This document shows, in pieces, positions 9,820-20,258 of a DNA stretch of 64,000 nucleotides. Every line of letters starts with the position of its first letter. Positions within the stretch are counted from its first letter, which is position 1. The stretch lies in assembly GCA_964626665.1 (NCBI GenBank), contig CAZVGK010000003.1:110535-174534 (forward strand), in the 5' to 3' direction. The notes below the pieces were generated by a model. The model worked only from the letters and a program-made list of their open reading frames with translations. It ran no database searches and was not told where the DNA came from. Made by a program: the position numbers and the translations under genes. The DNA is from an uncultured Gemmatimonadota bacterium (GTDB lineage: Bacteria > SM23-81 > DAOVCL01).

Positions 9820-11547
9820 TTATTCTTTCTCAAAAAGTGGGACGAGCTGGAACTTTACCACATCTATTATCCCCTTGTCGCTTACTCTAATCTCCGGAAT
9901 TACGGGCAAAGCAAGGAAGGAGAGGACCATAAATGGCTCCTTTACCGTAGCACCCAATCCCTGGCAGGCCAAATTCAAGGCCTGTATTTTGGCTTCAACT
10001 TCCTCCAGTTTCTTCCCCGTCATCAAACCGGCAATGGGAAGGGGCAATTCTTCAATGACCTGGCCACCTTCCACCACAACCAATCCACCCTGTAGTTTTA
10101 CGATCTTTACCGCCGCGGTATACATATCATCATCATTGGTCCCCACAACAACTATATTGTGTGAGTCATGAGCGATTGATGAGGCAATGGCCCCCCTCTT
10201 TAATCCTATCCCCTGGACAAACCCCAAACCAGTGTGGCCAGAGGCCAAATGCCTCTCAATGACAGCCACTTTCAAGATGTCCCTCCCTGGATCAGAAAGG
10301 GCCTCTCCACCCTCTATTTTCACCTCCTCTATGCGTTTTCTCGTAATTAGCTGATCAGGGACGATTTGAATCACCTTAGCGCGTTGTCCCTTGGCCACAA
10401 CCTTGAAATGTTCCTTCTCTATCCAGGCCGTATTCACCGTGCTCCTCAAGGGGACAAAGACCGGCTTGATCATTCCGGGCAACATTTGGCCATCAGAGGC
10501 CACAAGTTGACCATCTTTGTAAACGGAGATTATATTGAAATCCCGAAAGTTGTCAAAGACAACCAGATCTGCCTTATATCCAGGGGCAATAGCACCTAAG
10601 TCTTTGAGTTTAAAGTATTCTGCACCATTTAGGGTGGCCATCTGGATGGCGGTTAGCGGATCTGTCCCCGATTCGATGGCTGTTTTGACCATATAATTGA
10701 TGTGCCCCTCTCGAAGGAGATCATAGGGATGCCGATCATCGGTGACAAAGAAACACTTACGCGATGTATTCCTTCCTTTGGACTTCACCAAAGGGAGAAG
10801 GGTCTTTAGGTTCTTGGCCGTGGTTCCTTCCCTAATCATCACATACATCCCATCCCTCAGCTTTTCCCTGGCCTCCTCTAAGGTAGTTGACTCATGGTCG
10901 GATTTAATCCCGGCGGCGATGTAGGCATTTAGCTCCTTACCCGTCAACCGGGGGGCATGACCGTCGATAAGCTTATCCCCGGCAGCCTTAATCTTCTCCA
11001 AAACCTCCGCTGTTCTATGGATAACCCCAGGGTAATTCATCATCTCGCCCAGCCCCAGGATCCGCTTATTGTCGAGAAGAAGCTTAAGGTCAAAGGCAGA
11101 GAGCCTGGCCCCAGAGGTTTCCATCTCGGTAGCAGGCACACAGGAGGAGAGCATAAGGAAGACATTAAGGGGAAGGTTGCTGCTTGTCTCCAGCATATAC
11201 TTTATCCCTTCCAAACCAAGGACATTGGCAATCTCATGGGGATCAATGATTACGGTAGTTGTACCCAAAGGGACAACAGCCCGGGCATACTCCGGGGGGG
11301 GGACCATCGCGCTTTCTATATGCACATGGCCATCGAGCAGGCCGGGGGCAAGGTATTTCCCTCGCAGATCGACCACCCTTTTTGCCTTGTAGTTGCCAAT
11401 TCCAGCAATCCTCCCTTTGTAGAGGGCTACATTACCCTCATAGATCTCCTCGGCAAATACATTGACAACCTTCGCATTTTTTAACAAGAGGTCACAGGGC
11501 CTCTCCCCCCCTGCAGCCTCGATCATCTCCTCAAGCTTAGGATTCAT
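9820..11547 (-). CDS. ade: Adenine deaminase
   Basis: DGHVHIES, DPHEIANV, LGEMMN, DGHAP, SDHE, TDDRHP, AHDSHN; start MNPKL overlaps the upstream stop. Confidence 0.95.
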   Translation of the reverse strand: MNPKLEEMIEAAGGERPCDLLLKNAKVVNVFAEEIYEGNVALYKGRIAGIGNYKAKRVVDLRGKYLAPGLLDGHVHIESAMVPPPEYARAVVPLGTTTVIIDPHEIANVLGLEGIKYMLETSSNLPLNVFLMLSSCVPATEMETSGARLSAFDLKLLLDNKRILGLGEMMNYPGVIHRTAEVLEKIKAAGDKLIDGHAPRLTGKELNAYIAAGIKSDHESTTLEEAREKLRDGMYVMIREGTTAKNLKTLLPLVKSKGRNTSRKCFFVTDDRHPYDLLREGHINYMVKTAIESGTDPLTAIQMATLNGAEYFKLKDLGAIAPGYKADLVVFDNFRDFNIISVYKDGQLVASDGQMLPGMIKPVFVPLRSTVNTAWIEKEHFKVVAKGQRAKVIQIVPDQLITRKRIEEVKIEGGEALSDPGRDILKVAVIERHLASGHTGLGFVQGIGLKRGAIASSIAHDSHNIVVVGTNDDDMYTAAVKIVKLQGGLVVVEGGQVIEELPLPIAGLMTGKKLEEVEAKIQALNLACQGLGATVKEPFMVLSFLALPVIPEIRVSDKGIIDVVKFQLVPLFEKE

Positions 11548-13847
11548 AGTCTCCTTTTCTCCCTTCTCTGGTTTATTGCCTGGAGAACCTTTGCTGGGGT
11601 AAAAGGTGTCTTCCGCATCCTCACCCCGATAGCATCCCAAATAGCATTAGCTATTGCCGGACAGGGGCCATTTATGTTTACCTCCCCCACGCTCTTTGCG
11701 CCAAAAGGCCCTGACGGTTCATAGGAGGGGATCAAGTTAACCTTTATCTCCGGGATATCCATCGCCGAAAAAATCTTATAATCCCGAAAGGACCCGTTCA
11801 TCATCTTGCCATTTTTATCAAAGATAAACTCCTCGGTAAGGGCATAGCTAATACCGTTTATAATCGACCCCTCCACCTGTCCCTCGGCAAGTTTGGGGTT
11901 AATTACGGTGCCACAATCGACGCCGGCCACATATCTCTCCACCTTTATCTTCCCGGTCCCTTTATCTATGAGGATCTCCACAAAATGGGCAGCAAATGGA
12001 GGTGGTGACTGAGGAGAGATGTGAGACATAGAACCAATTATCTGGTGTTGCTCCCTCTCATAGAGGGAATGGTAAGCTATCTCCTGATAGGAGACCGATC
12101 TCCCCGTTCTCTTGCTCATCACCTGGGCAACTTGGACAATGAGGTTTTCCTTTACCTCATTTAACATTTCTCCTCCGATGCGCATGATCTCTTTGAGAAC
12201 CTTTTGGGCTGTTTTGAGAACTGCCCCCCCGGAAATGTAGGTTGTGGAGGAGGCATAGGCCCCCACATCAAAGGGGGTGAAATCCGTATCCGATGAATAA
12301 ACGATAATCTTCCCGGTGGGCACCTTCAGGGCTTCCGCGGCGATCTGGGCAAGGATGGTATCCGACCCTGTTCCCAAATCGGTTGCCCCCACAAGGAGGT
12401 TGAAGGAACCATCCTCGTTTAACTTGATCAACGCTGCCCCCATATCCACATTGGGGATTCCGGAACCCTGCATCATAATGGCCGAGCCATATCCCCTTTT
12501 TAGCTTTCCCTCTTCCTTTGGCTTTTTCCTCCATTCAATGAGCTTAAAACCCTCCTCTATACATTGGGGAAGTTTGCAAGAGCCAATTACCTGTGAAACC
12601 CCCTTCTTCCCTTCACCTAAAACCTCAAATAGCGGCGATGTCTCCCCCTCCTTTATGTGGACCTTTTTCCTCAACTCTACTGGTTCCATCCCTATCTTTT
12701 CCGCTAGTTCGTCGAGCATAGACTCGGTGGCAAAGTAACCCTGGGTGGCCCCATATCCCCGATAGGCACCGGCAACTGGCAGGTTGGTATAGACCACCTT
12801 CCCTTGAAACCGCACATTAGGGCAACGATAGAGGGGCAAAACCTTGCTTCCCGTGTTATACATCACGGTAGTGGCGTGCGAGCCATAGGCCCCGGTGTTG
12901 GAGAGAATGCGCATATCCAATGCGGTGAGGGTCCCATCCCTCTTCACCCCAGCTTTAAGCAAGGTGATGATGGGATGCCTCGTCCTGGAGATAAACTCCT
13001 CCTCCCTGCTCAGTTCGATTTTGGCCGGTCTACCTGTCTGTAAGGTAACCCAACCAGCCACATAGTCGAGGTAAACCTCCTGCTTGGTGCCGAAGCCTCC
13101 CCCTATTCTGGGCTTGATTACCCTTATTTTCTGAATGGGAATTCCCAAGACATTTGCGCATATCCTCCTGGTATGGAAGGGAACTTGGGTGGAGGATCTA
13201 ATCACCAACCGCCCATTCTCGTCCAGCCAGGTGATGACGATATGTGGTTCAATTGGGGTATGTTGGGCATAATGAACCTCATATCTATTTTCAAGGACAG
13301 CATCTGCCTCCTGAAAACCCTTATTTAGGTCTCCGACCTCTACCTCCACCTCTCCGACAAGGTTGCGTTGCGGATCGAGGATACCCTGAGAATCCTCCTC
13401 GTCGTGAATGACCGGCGCCCCCTCCCTTAATGCCTCCTCGGGGTTGAACACAGGGGGGAGGGGATCGTATTCCACCCTAATTTTCCCGATGGCCTCAGAG
13501 GCCGTCTCCGGGGAGTCGGCAGCCACGCAGGCCACCCTATCACCCACAAACCTTACTTTTCTGTCAAACATTACGCTATCATAAGGTGAGGGCTCAGGAT
13601 ACCCCTGTCCCGCAGTGGTATGGGGAACCCGAGGGACATTTTTATAGGAGAGAATAAGGGCAACCCCAGCCATCTTCTCTGCCTCTCTGGTATCAATACC
13701 CTTGATTATGGCGTGAGGATGAGGGCTCCTCAGAAATTTGATAAAGAGCATACCCTTAAGGTCTATATCATCGGCAAATACCGGATTGCCCTTAACTAAG
13801 GCATATCCGTCGACCCGGTGGACATTTTTACCCACTTCCTTAAACAT
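11544..13847 (-). CDS. Molybdenum hydroxylase, molybdopterin-binding subunit (XdhD/YgfN-like)
   Basis: STQVPF, GGGFGTKQE, AYRGYG, GAYASSTT, GAKSVGE motifs. Confidence 0.9.
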   Translation of the reverse strand: MFKEVGKNVHRVDGYALVKGNPVFADDIDLKGMLFIKFLRSPHPHAIIKGIDTREAEKMAGVALILSYKNVPRVPHTTAGQGYPEPSPYDSVMFDRKVRFVGDRVACVAADSPETASEAIGKIRVEYDPLPPVFNPEEALREGAPVIHDEEDSQGILDPQRNLVGEVEVEVGDLNKGFQEADAVLENRYEVHYAQHTPIEPHIVITWLDENGRLVIRSSTQVPFHTRRICANVLGIPIQKIRVIKPRIGGGFGTKQEVYLDYVAGWVTLQTGRPAKIELSREEEFISRTRHPIITLLKAGVKRDGTLTALDMRILSNTGAYGSHATTVMYNTGSKVLPLYRCPNVRFQGKVVYTNLPVAGAYRGYGATQGYFATESMLDELAEKIGMEPVELRKKVHIKEGETSPLFEVLGEGKKGVSQVIGSCKLPQCIEEGFKLIEWRKKPKEEGKLKRGYGSAIMMQGSGIPNVDMGAALIKLNEDGSFNLLVGATDLGTGSDTILAQIAAEALKVPTGKIIVYSSDTDFTPFDVGAYASSTTYISGGAVLKTAQKVLKEIMRIGGEMLNEVKENLIVQVAQVMSKRTGRSVSYQEIAYHSLYEREQHQIIGSMSHISPQSPPPFAAHFVEILIDKGTGKIKVERYVAGVDCGTVINPKLAEGQVEGSIINGISYALTEEFIFDKNGKMMNGSFRDYKIFSAMDIPEIKVNLIPSYEPSGPFGAKSVGEVNINGPCPAIANAIWDAIGVRMRKTPFTPAKVLQAINQRREKRRL

Positions 13848-14307
13848 CTTCGTTAAGGATCTCCCCTGCCTTTTTTATTGCCTTGATAATCTTGACATAC
13901 CCGGTGCACCTACAGAGGTTGCCGGAGATGGCCTCTTTTATCTCCTCCTCTGTGGGATGTGGGTTTTCCCTGAGGAGGGCCTGAGCTGCCAGGATCATCC
14001 CCGGGGTGCAGAACCCACATTGCACAGCGCCCTCATCAAGAAATGCCTGCTGAATCGGGTGAAGCTCATCCCAGTTGGTCATCCCTTCCAGGGTTTCGAT
14101 GCTATGACCGGCAGCCTGAGGGGCAAACAGGAGACAGGATTTGGCCAATTTCCCATCCAAGATCACCGAGCAGGCCCCGCATTCACCCGTCTCACACCCT
14201 CTTTTTACGCTCTTATACCCCTCCCTTCTCAATAGGTTAAGGAGAATCTCACCGGGAGAGGTGTTTAATCTCTTCAAAACTCCATTTATGGTTAGTTCGA
14301 TTTGCAT
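13840..14307 (-). CDS. Molybdenum hydroxylase 2x[2Fe-2S] subunit
   Basis: GCETGECGAC, QCGFCTPG, NLCRCTGY. Confidence 0.95.
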   Translation of the reverse strand: MQIELTINGVLKRLNTSPGEILLNLLRREGYKSVKRGCETGECGACSVILDGKLAKSCLLFAPQAAGHSIETLEGMTNWDELHPIQQAFLDEGAVQCGFCTPGMILAAQALLRENPHPTEEEIKEAISGNLCRCTGYVKIIKAIKKAGEILNEDV

Positions 14308-14316
14308 AGGTCTATA

Positions 14317-14540
14317 GCCACGGATTGCACGGATTCACCGAATCTTTGGAACACGAATAAACAAATCTACACGAATAAATGATCTACCACGGAAATTCAC
14401 GGAAAAAAGCAATTATGAATTGAGAATTAAAAATTAAAAATAAGTATGCTGACTATTCCTGAGCCCCGGAAACTGACTCCCGATCTCTGAAAAACTGATC
14501 CCTGTTTTTCCCTGCATAGTCCGTGGTTATCCGTGGTGAA
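14317..14540. repeat. Gene-less CCACGG..CCGTGG bracketed element
   Basis: Colinear with 388-605; overlaps the stop codon at 14527. Confidence 0.9.
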
Positions 14541-15324
14541 TTATTCCTAACTCTTCAATCATGTCAATAAATAAAGCAGAGGCGATCTCCTTCTTGAATT
14601 CGGCATCTCCTCTAAGATCAGAAAACGCCTTCACATCCTTCCTGAAAGCACTACTTATCTTATTCTCGTCTATCTCTCCACTTTCTATTGCACTTTCCAA
14701 GCCCTCTATCCTCTGCGGAACTTTCCAGAGCCCCCCAACTACGGCGTGAACCTCTGAGAATCGAGTGAGAACACAAACAACCTGGGGGATGTCCACTTCG
14801 GTCCTGGAAAATCTCCGATAAAACCCCTTTCCCCCTTTGGGCACAACTACCTCCACCAAAAGCATTCGCCTAAATCGAGTATCCTTCAGGAAGGAATCAA
14901 TCCCCACCTTATGTGGCTCTCCATCAAAGAGAAGGAGATCGGCATCTGTTGCTAAGAGGATGGGGACAATATCGCTCCAGTATACCCGGGACATTAGGTT
15001 GCCCCCGATAGTGGAAAAGTTTCTCACTGCAGGTGAACCCAACCTCCTTGCGGCTTTATTCAATATCCCCGAAAAGGAGCTGGTAATAACTTCTGATTCC
15101 GCAATCTCGGTTACTGTGGTCATTGCCCCAATACCGATAACTTGTTCATCGTCTTTAATGTAATTGAGCCCAAGGGCTTGGAGGTCGATCAAATTCTCCA
15201 CTTCAATGCTCTTCCTCTGAGTAAACAGCGTCCCCCCAGCAAGGAATGCAGCCTTTCCCCTTTGGTAAATTTTGTAGGCTTCCTCAACCGATTTAGGCCT
15301 TATATATTCTCCAATCTGGCTCAT
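14527..15324 (-). CDS. Molybdenum hydroxylase FAD-binding subunit (YgfM-like)
   Basis: RPKSVEEA..LAGGT, IGAMTT, VRNFSTIGGN, SDLRG. Confidence 0.85.
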   Translation of the reverse strand: MSQIGEYIRPKSVEEAYKIYQRGKAAFLAGGTLFTQRKSIEVENLIDLQALGLNYIKDDEQVIGIGAMTTVTEIAESEVITSSFSGILNKAARRLGSPAVRNFSTIGGNLMSRVYWSDIVPILLATDADLLLFDGEPHKVGIDSFLKDTRFRRMLLVEVVVPKGGKGFYRRFSRTEVDIPQVVCVLTRFSEVHAVVGGLWKVPQRIEGLESAIESGEIDENKISSAFRKDVKAFSDLRGDAEFKKEIASALFIDMIEELGIIHHG

Positions 15325-16154
15325 AGTTCCAGCAGCCCCTGCTTGAGTAGAGCCCCCACCATTCTCCGGCGATACTCAGATGTGGAACGTATATCCGAGA
15401 TTGGCTTCGCTTCATCCTGGATGATTCTGCTGGCCTCATCGATGAGCTCTGGGTCCAATGGCTTAGAATTTAAGAACCTTGCCGTCCGCTGGGCGTAGGT
15501 AACAGTAGGGGCCACGGCACCAAGGGCAATGGATACATCGGTCAACCTCCTCCGCTGAAATACACCCTTAAAGGCCACGGATACCTTGGAGATGACCATT
15601 GCTCTCCTCTGCCCCAATTTACTAAAAAACCAACGCTCATCTTTCTCCCTTTTCCTCAAGCTAACCTCAGTAAGTAGCTCATCTTTCTCCATCAGGCTCT
15701 CCCCTGGTCCTGAGAAAAAATGGGAGATGGAGATAGTCCGTTTTCCCCTTTGGCTCCTAAGAATAAGCGTGGCCCTATGGACAAAGAGGGGAGGAACCGT
15801 ATCGCCTGCCGGTGAGGCATTTGCTATATTCCCCCCAATGGTTCCTAAATTTCTTATCTGAGGTGACCCCATCTTGCCCGCCGCATCAGAAAGCACGGGC
15901 GCATAGGCATTAATCACCTCTGATCTGAAAATTTCCTCCAGGGTGGTTAGTGCACCTATCCTCAATTCCTTTTGCCCCTCCTTGATGTAATCGAGGGGCA
16001 ACCTCCTGATGTTGATAACAGCCTGAGGATGAAAGGTCCCTTCTTTCATCCTCACCACGAGATCTGTCCCGCCCGCCAGTATACGGGCTTTCCCCTTCAG
16101 CCTAGTGAGGATCTCCGTAGCTTCCTCTACTGTTTCAGGTGAGTATATCTTCAG
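15321..16154 (-). CDS. Molybdenum hydroxylase FAD-binding subunit (CoxM/XdhB-like), probable CTG start
   Basis: Frame stays open upstream of 16058 through KIYSPETVEEA...ILAGGTDL; in-frame TAA two codons before CTG 16154; QIRNLGTIGGN..ASPAGD. Confidence 0.9.
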   Translation of the reverse strand: MKIYSPETVEEATEILTRLKGKARILAGGTDLVVRMKEGTFHPQAVINIRRLPLDYIKEGQKELRIGALTTLEEIFRSEVINAYAPVLSDAAGKMGSPQIRNLGTIGGNIANASPAGDTVPPLFVHRATLILRSQRGKRTISISHFFSGPGESLMEKDELLTEVSLRKREKDERWFFSKLGQRRAMVISKVSVAFKGVFQRRRLTDVSIALGAVAPTVTYAQRTARFLNSKPLDPELIDEASRIIQDEAKPISDIRSTSEYRRRMVGALLKQGLLEL

Positions 16155-16260
16155 AACTTAGCTCCCTTTGGTTGCAAAGCCCGCAGGCCATAAGGTTGAA
16201 CAGGTGTCAGGAGGTAACTCCTGACACCACGAAAAATAGAATCTGTCTCAATCTGCGTTC

Positions 16261-16324
16261 ACCCCGTTAAATAATTAAAAATAAACACCATCACACTCTC
16301 AAAATGGTTTTTATTTAACAGGGT
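16261..16324. mobile_element. 64-bp miniature inverted-repeat element
   Basis: ACCCCGTTAAATAA / TTATTTAACAGGGT (13/14 IR) interrupting AATCTGCGT tandem repeats; contains the xdhC stop. Confidence 0.7.
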
Positions 16325-17099
16325 TAATCTGCGTCCCATTCTTTGAATTCCTGACGGAGATTATCTCAGCCATAATGCTCACGGCGATCTCTCCTGGAGT
16401 CTTGGAACCAATCTTCAGGCCAATCGGTGCATGAACTCCCCTTAATAACTTCTCAGAGACGCCTTTATCCCGCAATCTGGTAAGGATAGCCTCTGTCTTT
16501 TCTTTACTGGCTACCATTCCAATGTAGGCATAATCTTTTTCAATACACCCCCTAAGCACAGTCTCATCTGTCCGATGGGCGCGAGTTGCCACCACAATAT
16601 AAGAATTATCGTCTAAATGGAGATCGGGGATTATCTTTTTGTAATCACCAAAAATGAGCTGTTTTGCCTCAGGCAACCTCTCCTTTTTGACAAATTCCTC
16701 CCGATCATCTACTACGGTTACCTCAAATCCGGCGTAAGGGGCTATCTGGGAGAGAGCCTGGCCAATATGACCTGCCCCAAAGATGAAGAGGCGTGGATCG
16801 GTTAAAACTGGTTCAATAAATATTTTGACTCCTCCACCACAAAGCAGACCATTGGTTTCTTTCAGCTCATATGCCAGGAGTTGGGGAACCTTTGTCCTAA
16901 TCGCCTCTATCCCCTTCTTAATTACGGCAAATTCTACCCGACCGCCCCCGACTGTTCCAATTGTGTTGCCGTCCTCCTTTATTATCATTTTTGCCCCAGA
17001 TTTTCCCGGGCTGGAACCTGAAGATTCCACCACTGTGGCCAAGGCAAGGGCCTTCCCCTGGTTAAGGAGATTCACTATTTCCTTATATATCTTCCCCAT
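16311..17099 (-). CDS. xdhC: XdhC/CoxF family molybdenum-cofactor chaperone
   Basis: GSSPGKSGAKM, GTVGGG..E, CGG, FGAGH, APIGL..GSKTPGEIAVSI. Confidence 0.9.
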   Translation of the reverse strand: MGKIYKEIVNLLNQGKALALATVVESSGSSPGKSGAKMIIKEDGNTIGTVGGGRVEFAVIKKGIEAIRTKVPQLLAYELKETNGLLCGGGVKIFIEPVLTDPRLFIFGAGHIGQALSQIAPYAGFEVTVVDDREEFVKKERLPEAKQLIFGDYKKIIPDLHLDDNSYIVVATRAHRTDETVLRGCIEKDYAYIGMVASKEKTEAILTRLRDKGVSEKLLRGVHAPIGLKIGSKTPGEIAVSIMAEIISVRNSKNGTQINPVK

Positions 17100-17112
17100 C
17101 AGTATTTATATC

Positions 17113-17262
17113 TCACCACGAAGCCACCGAATAGCATCTTACAATGGTCAATTAGCAATTAGCAAGTTAAAATGAACTAAAGATGGGAAATGCAGTAGTA
17201 TCCATTGATAATTGTTAATTAATCATTAACCATTTCTTTGTCAATTAGTGGCTATCCGTGGC
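17113..17262. repeat. Nested empty brackets: CCACGAA..CCGTGG outside, 7-mer CAATTAG..AATTG tandem inside
   Basis: Outer and inner inverted tandem arrays fill the spacer. Confidence 0.75.
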
Positions 17263-17738
17263 TAATTATCCCCTATATTTAACCTCTTTGCCGCCTTCCC
17301 TATCGCTTTTATGATCTTGCTGTATCCTGTGCACCTGCAGAGATTTCCTGATATTGCCTCCTTTATCTCCCCTTCGCTCGGATCTTGGTTTTTCATCAGC
17401 AACGCCTTTGCTGAAAGTATCATCCCAGGCGTGCAGAACCCGCATTGGACTGCTCCCTCTTCGATGAATGCCTGCTGAATTGGGTCGAGCCTGTCATCTT
17501 TGGAGAGCCCTTCAATCGTCGTTATCTCACAGCCATCAAGCTGGCAGGCAAGCACGAGACAGGAAACAACCGGTTTACCATCCATAATAACCGTGCAAGC
17601 TCCACATTCCCCCTTCCCACATCCCTCCTTCGTCCCCTTCAGTCCCAGGTCTTCTCGCAGGATCGATAGCAAGGTTCTGGTAGATTCAGTAACTATCTCC
17701 CTCTCCTGCGAATTTACTTTGAACTTTATCTTAATCAT
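17262..17738 (-). CDS. Molybdenum hydroxylase 2x[2Fe-2S] subunit
   Basis: KEGCGKGECGAC, QCGFCTPG, NLCRCTGY; start MIKIKF. Confidence 0.95.
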   Translation of the reverse strand: MIKIKFKVNSQEREIVTESTRTLLSILREDLGLKGTKEGCGKGECGACTVIMDGKPVVSCLVLACQLDGCEITTIEGLSKDDRLDPIQQAFIEEGAVQCGFCTPGMILSAKALLMKNQDPSEGEIKEAISGNLCRCTGYSKIIKAIGKAAKRLNIGDN

Positions 17739-17753
17739 TTTTGATAACAACCA

Positions 17754-17977
17754 ACCACGGAACCTCACGGAACTACACGGATGTTTTTATCAACGAATTC
17801 ATTACTCATTTTTAATCTTTTTCCGTGCTACTCCGTGGTCATCCCTGGTGAATCTACCACGGAATCTCACGGAGAAAAGCAATTATGAATTGAGAATTAA
17901 GAACGAAATTTATGCTGTTATTCCTGATTTCTGTAGACTGATCCTTGATTTTGTTTTTCTGTGCTAGTCCGTGGTGA
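17754..17977. repeat. Two adjacent gene-less CCACGG..CCGTGG elements
   Basis: Similar to 9340-9480; encodes the upstream gene's C-terminal tail. Confidence 0.9.
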
Positions 17978-20230
17978 AATATTATCATTTTTGTTTAACT
18001 CAGCTATAATCTTTTCTGGGGTTGCCGGAAGGTCTCTTATCCTGATGCCGGTGGCATCAAATATCGCATTAGTAATTGCCGGGGCTACTCCAATTAGGGG
18101 CTGTTCCCCCAACCCCTTCGCCCCAAATGGCCCTTCAGGATAAGGGTCCTCAACAAAAACCGAGACTATCTCCGGTGTGTCCTTCGCGGTAGGAAGTATG
18201 TAAGTGGAGAAATTAGTATTCAAAATCTTGCCTCCCCTGGAGATCATATCCTCAAAGAGGGCATATCCAACCGCCTGTAGTATTCCACCCTCCACCTGCC
18301 CAGTTGCGGTTTGCGGGTTAATCACCCTCCCCACATCGTGGACGGCAATGATCTTTTTGACCGTTACCTCACCGGTAAACATATTCACCTCAACCTCCGC
18401 TATGTTTGTCCCTGTGGAGTAAACGAAATATGGTTTCCCCTGACCGGTGGCTTTGTTCCAGGAGGTGGGCGGAGCCTTATACCACCCCTGAGAGGACATC
18501 ACCATCTTTTCCTTAAAACATTCCCTGATCACATCATTTATATCTATCCTCTTGGCTCTACACAAGGCATATCCATCTTTCAATTTAACCTTCGCCCGCG
18601 GAGACTTTAACATTTTAGCCGCCACCTCCCCGATGCTTTTCTTTATCGGCCTTGAGGCTTCTATCAGGGCATTTCCCGACATCACGGTGGCCCGAGAGGC
18701 CACCGTGGGGCCACTATCCGGCACCCTTGTTGTATCCGTAGGAATCATCGATACCCTCTCATATTCAATCCCCAATTCATTGGCCAAAATCTGAGAAAGC
18801 ACGGTCTCCATACCCTGGCCCATTTCGGTGGTGCCCACCGCAAAGTTCACAGAACCATCAGAGAGAACACTCACCCACGCCCCTGCTTTGGCCAGGTGTT
18901 TCCCCCCAGCCCCTAAGCCCACCCCATAATAGTTACAGGCTACTCCCAAACCCCTTCTTTCATATCCATTTGAACTTTTTTTCTTCCCCTTCCATCCAAT
19001 GCGGGCTGCTTCTCTCAAAGTTTTTTCCAACTCTATGCTTTCCTTGATAAGGTGTCCTGTAACCGTCCTATCGCCCTTTTTCAATATGTTTCTTAACCTA
19101 AATTCAATGAGGTCAATGTGCAATTTGTGGGCAAGTTCATCCATCTGAGATTCAATGGCGAAGGTTACCTGAGGCGTACCAAACCCCCTAAATGCCCCAC
19201 AGGGAACGGTATTGGTGGTTAGCGCATAGGAATCCACCTTCACATTAAGGCATTTGTATGGCCCTACCGCATGGACTGTTCCCCGCCAGAGGACAACTGG
19301 GCTTAAGGTGCTATAAGCGCCAGAGTTGAGGACATATTTTACCTCAACAGCGTTGAGATAACCATCTTTAGTAACCCCGGATTTGTAATCAATTACTGCG
19401 GGATGACGCTTACTCATAGACTCTATGTCCTCTTCTCGGGAATAGATAAGCTTGGCCGGTCTTTTGGTCCAGAAAGCAACCAAAGCGGCCTGAGAGGCCA
19501 CCAGGGAAGGAACATCCTCTTTGCCTCCAAATGCCCCACCAGTGGTGGTCTGGATTACCTCTACCTTGCTGAAAGGAACTCCCAGGATATGGGAGACAGC
19601 ATTTTGCACATAAAAAGGACACTGCATAGAGCCATAAATCAGCATTCGATCCTCATAGGGAACAGCAATCATTCCCTGGGGCTCTATGTAGGCATGTTCC
19701 TGGTAGGAGGTTGTATACCTGTGTGTGACAACGAGGTCGCACTCCGCAAATCCCCTTTGAACATCTCCCCTTCTTATCCTGTGATGGGAGAATATATTAT
19801 CTTTACCATAAATTTTCGGCGATTCCTTTTTCATCGCTATTAAGGGATCAAGAAGGGGCTCAAGCTCCTCATATTCAACCCTTACCTTCTGGGAGGCCTC
19901 CTCAATTGCCTCCCTATCCTCCCCCGCTATCAGGGCAATCGGTTCACCTATATACCTCACCTCTTTTTCGGCGAGCAGTGGTTGATCCATAAGAACTATG
20001 GGCACTACATTGGCTCCCGGAATAGATTCAGAGGTAAGGACAGCCACTATCCCCTTAACGGTTTTCGCCTCTGAGGGGTCGATGCTTTTGATCAAGCCAT
20101 AAGGTAAAGGACTACGCACCACCTTAACCCAAAGCATATTTGGAAAGGAGAGGTCATCGATGAATATTGCCTTGCCGGTGACCTTTAACCTCACATCTTT
20201 CCTTATCTCACTTTTCCCAATAAAGCTCAT
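17918..20230 (-). CDS. Xanthine dehydrogenase family molybdopterin-binding subunit
   Basis: QEHAYIEP, GGAFGGK, AFRGFG, SGPTVASR, GAKGLGE; start moved to MSFIGK. Confidence 0.92.
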   Translation of the reverse strand: MSFIGKSEIRKDVRLKVTGKAIFIDDLSFPNMLWVKVVRSPLPYGLIKSIDPSEAKTVKGIVAVLTSESIPGANVVPIVLMDQPLLAEKEVRYIGEPIALIAGEDREAIEEASQKVRVEYEELEPLLDPLIAMKKESPKIYGKDNIFSHHRIRRGDVQRGFAECDLVVTHRYTTSYQEHAYIEPQGMIAVPYEDRMLIYGSMQCPFYVQNAVSHILGVPFSKVEVIQTTTGGAFGGKEDVPSLVASQAALVAFWTKRPAKLIYSREEDIESMSKRHPAVIDYKSGVTKDGYLNAVEVKYVLNSGAYSTLSPVVLWRGTVHAVGPYKCLNVKVDSYALTTNTVPCGAFRGFGTPQVTFAIESQMDELAHKLHIDLIEFRLRNILKKGDRTVTGHLIKESIELEKTLREAARIGWKGKKKSSNGYERRGLGVACNYYGVGLGAGGKHLAKAGAWVSVLSDGSVNFAVGTTEMGQGMETVLSQILANELGIEYERVSMIPTDTTRVPDSGPTVASRATVMSGNALIEASRPIKKSIGEVAAKMLKSPRAKVKLKDGYALCRAKRIDINDVIRECFKEKMVMSSQGWYKAPPTSWNKATGQGKPYFVYSTGTNIAEVEVNMFTGEVTVKKIIAVHDVGRVINPQTATGQVEGGILQAVGYALFEDMISRGGKILNTNFSTYILPTAKDTPEIVSVFVEDPYPEGPFGAKGLGEQPLIGVAPAITNAIFDATGIRIRDLPATPEKIIAELNKNDNISPRTSTEKQNQGSVYRNQE

Positions 20231-20258
20231 CTTATGGGGAAGTCTCCTATTTTTAAGA

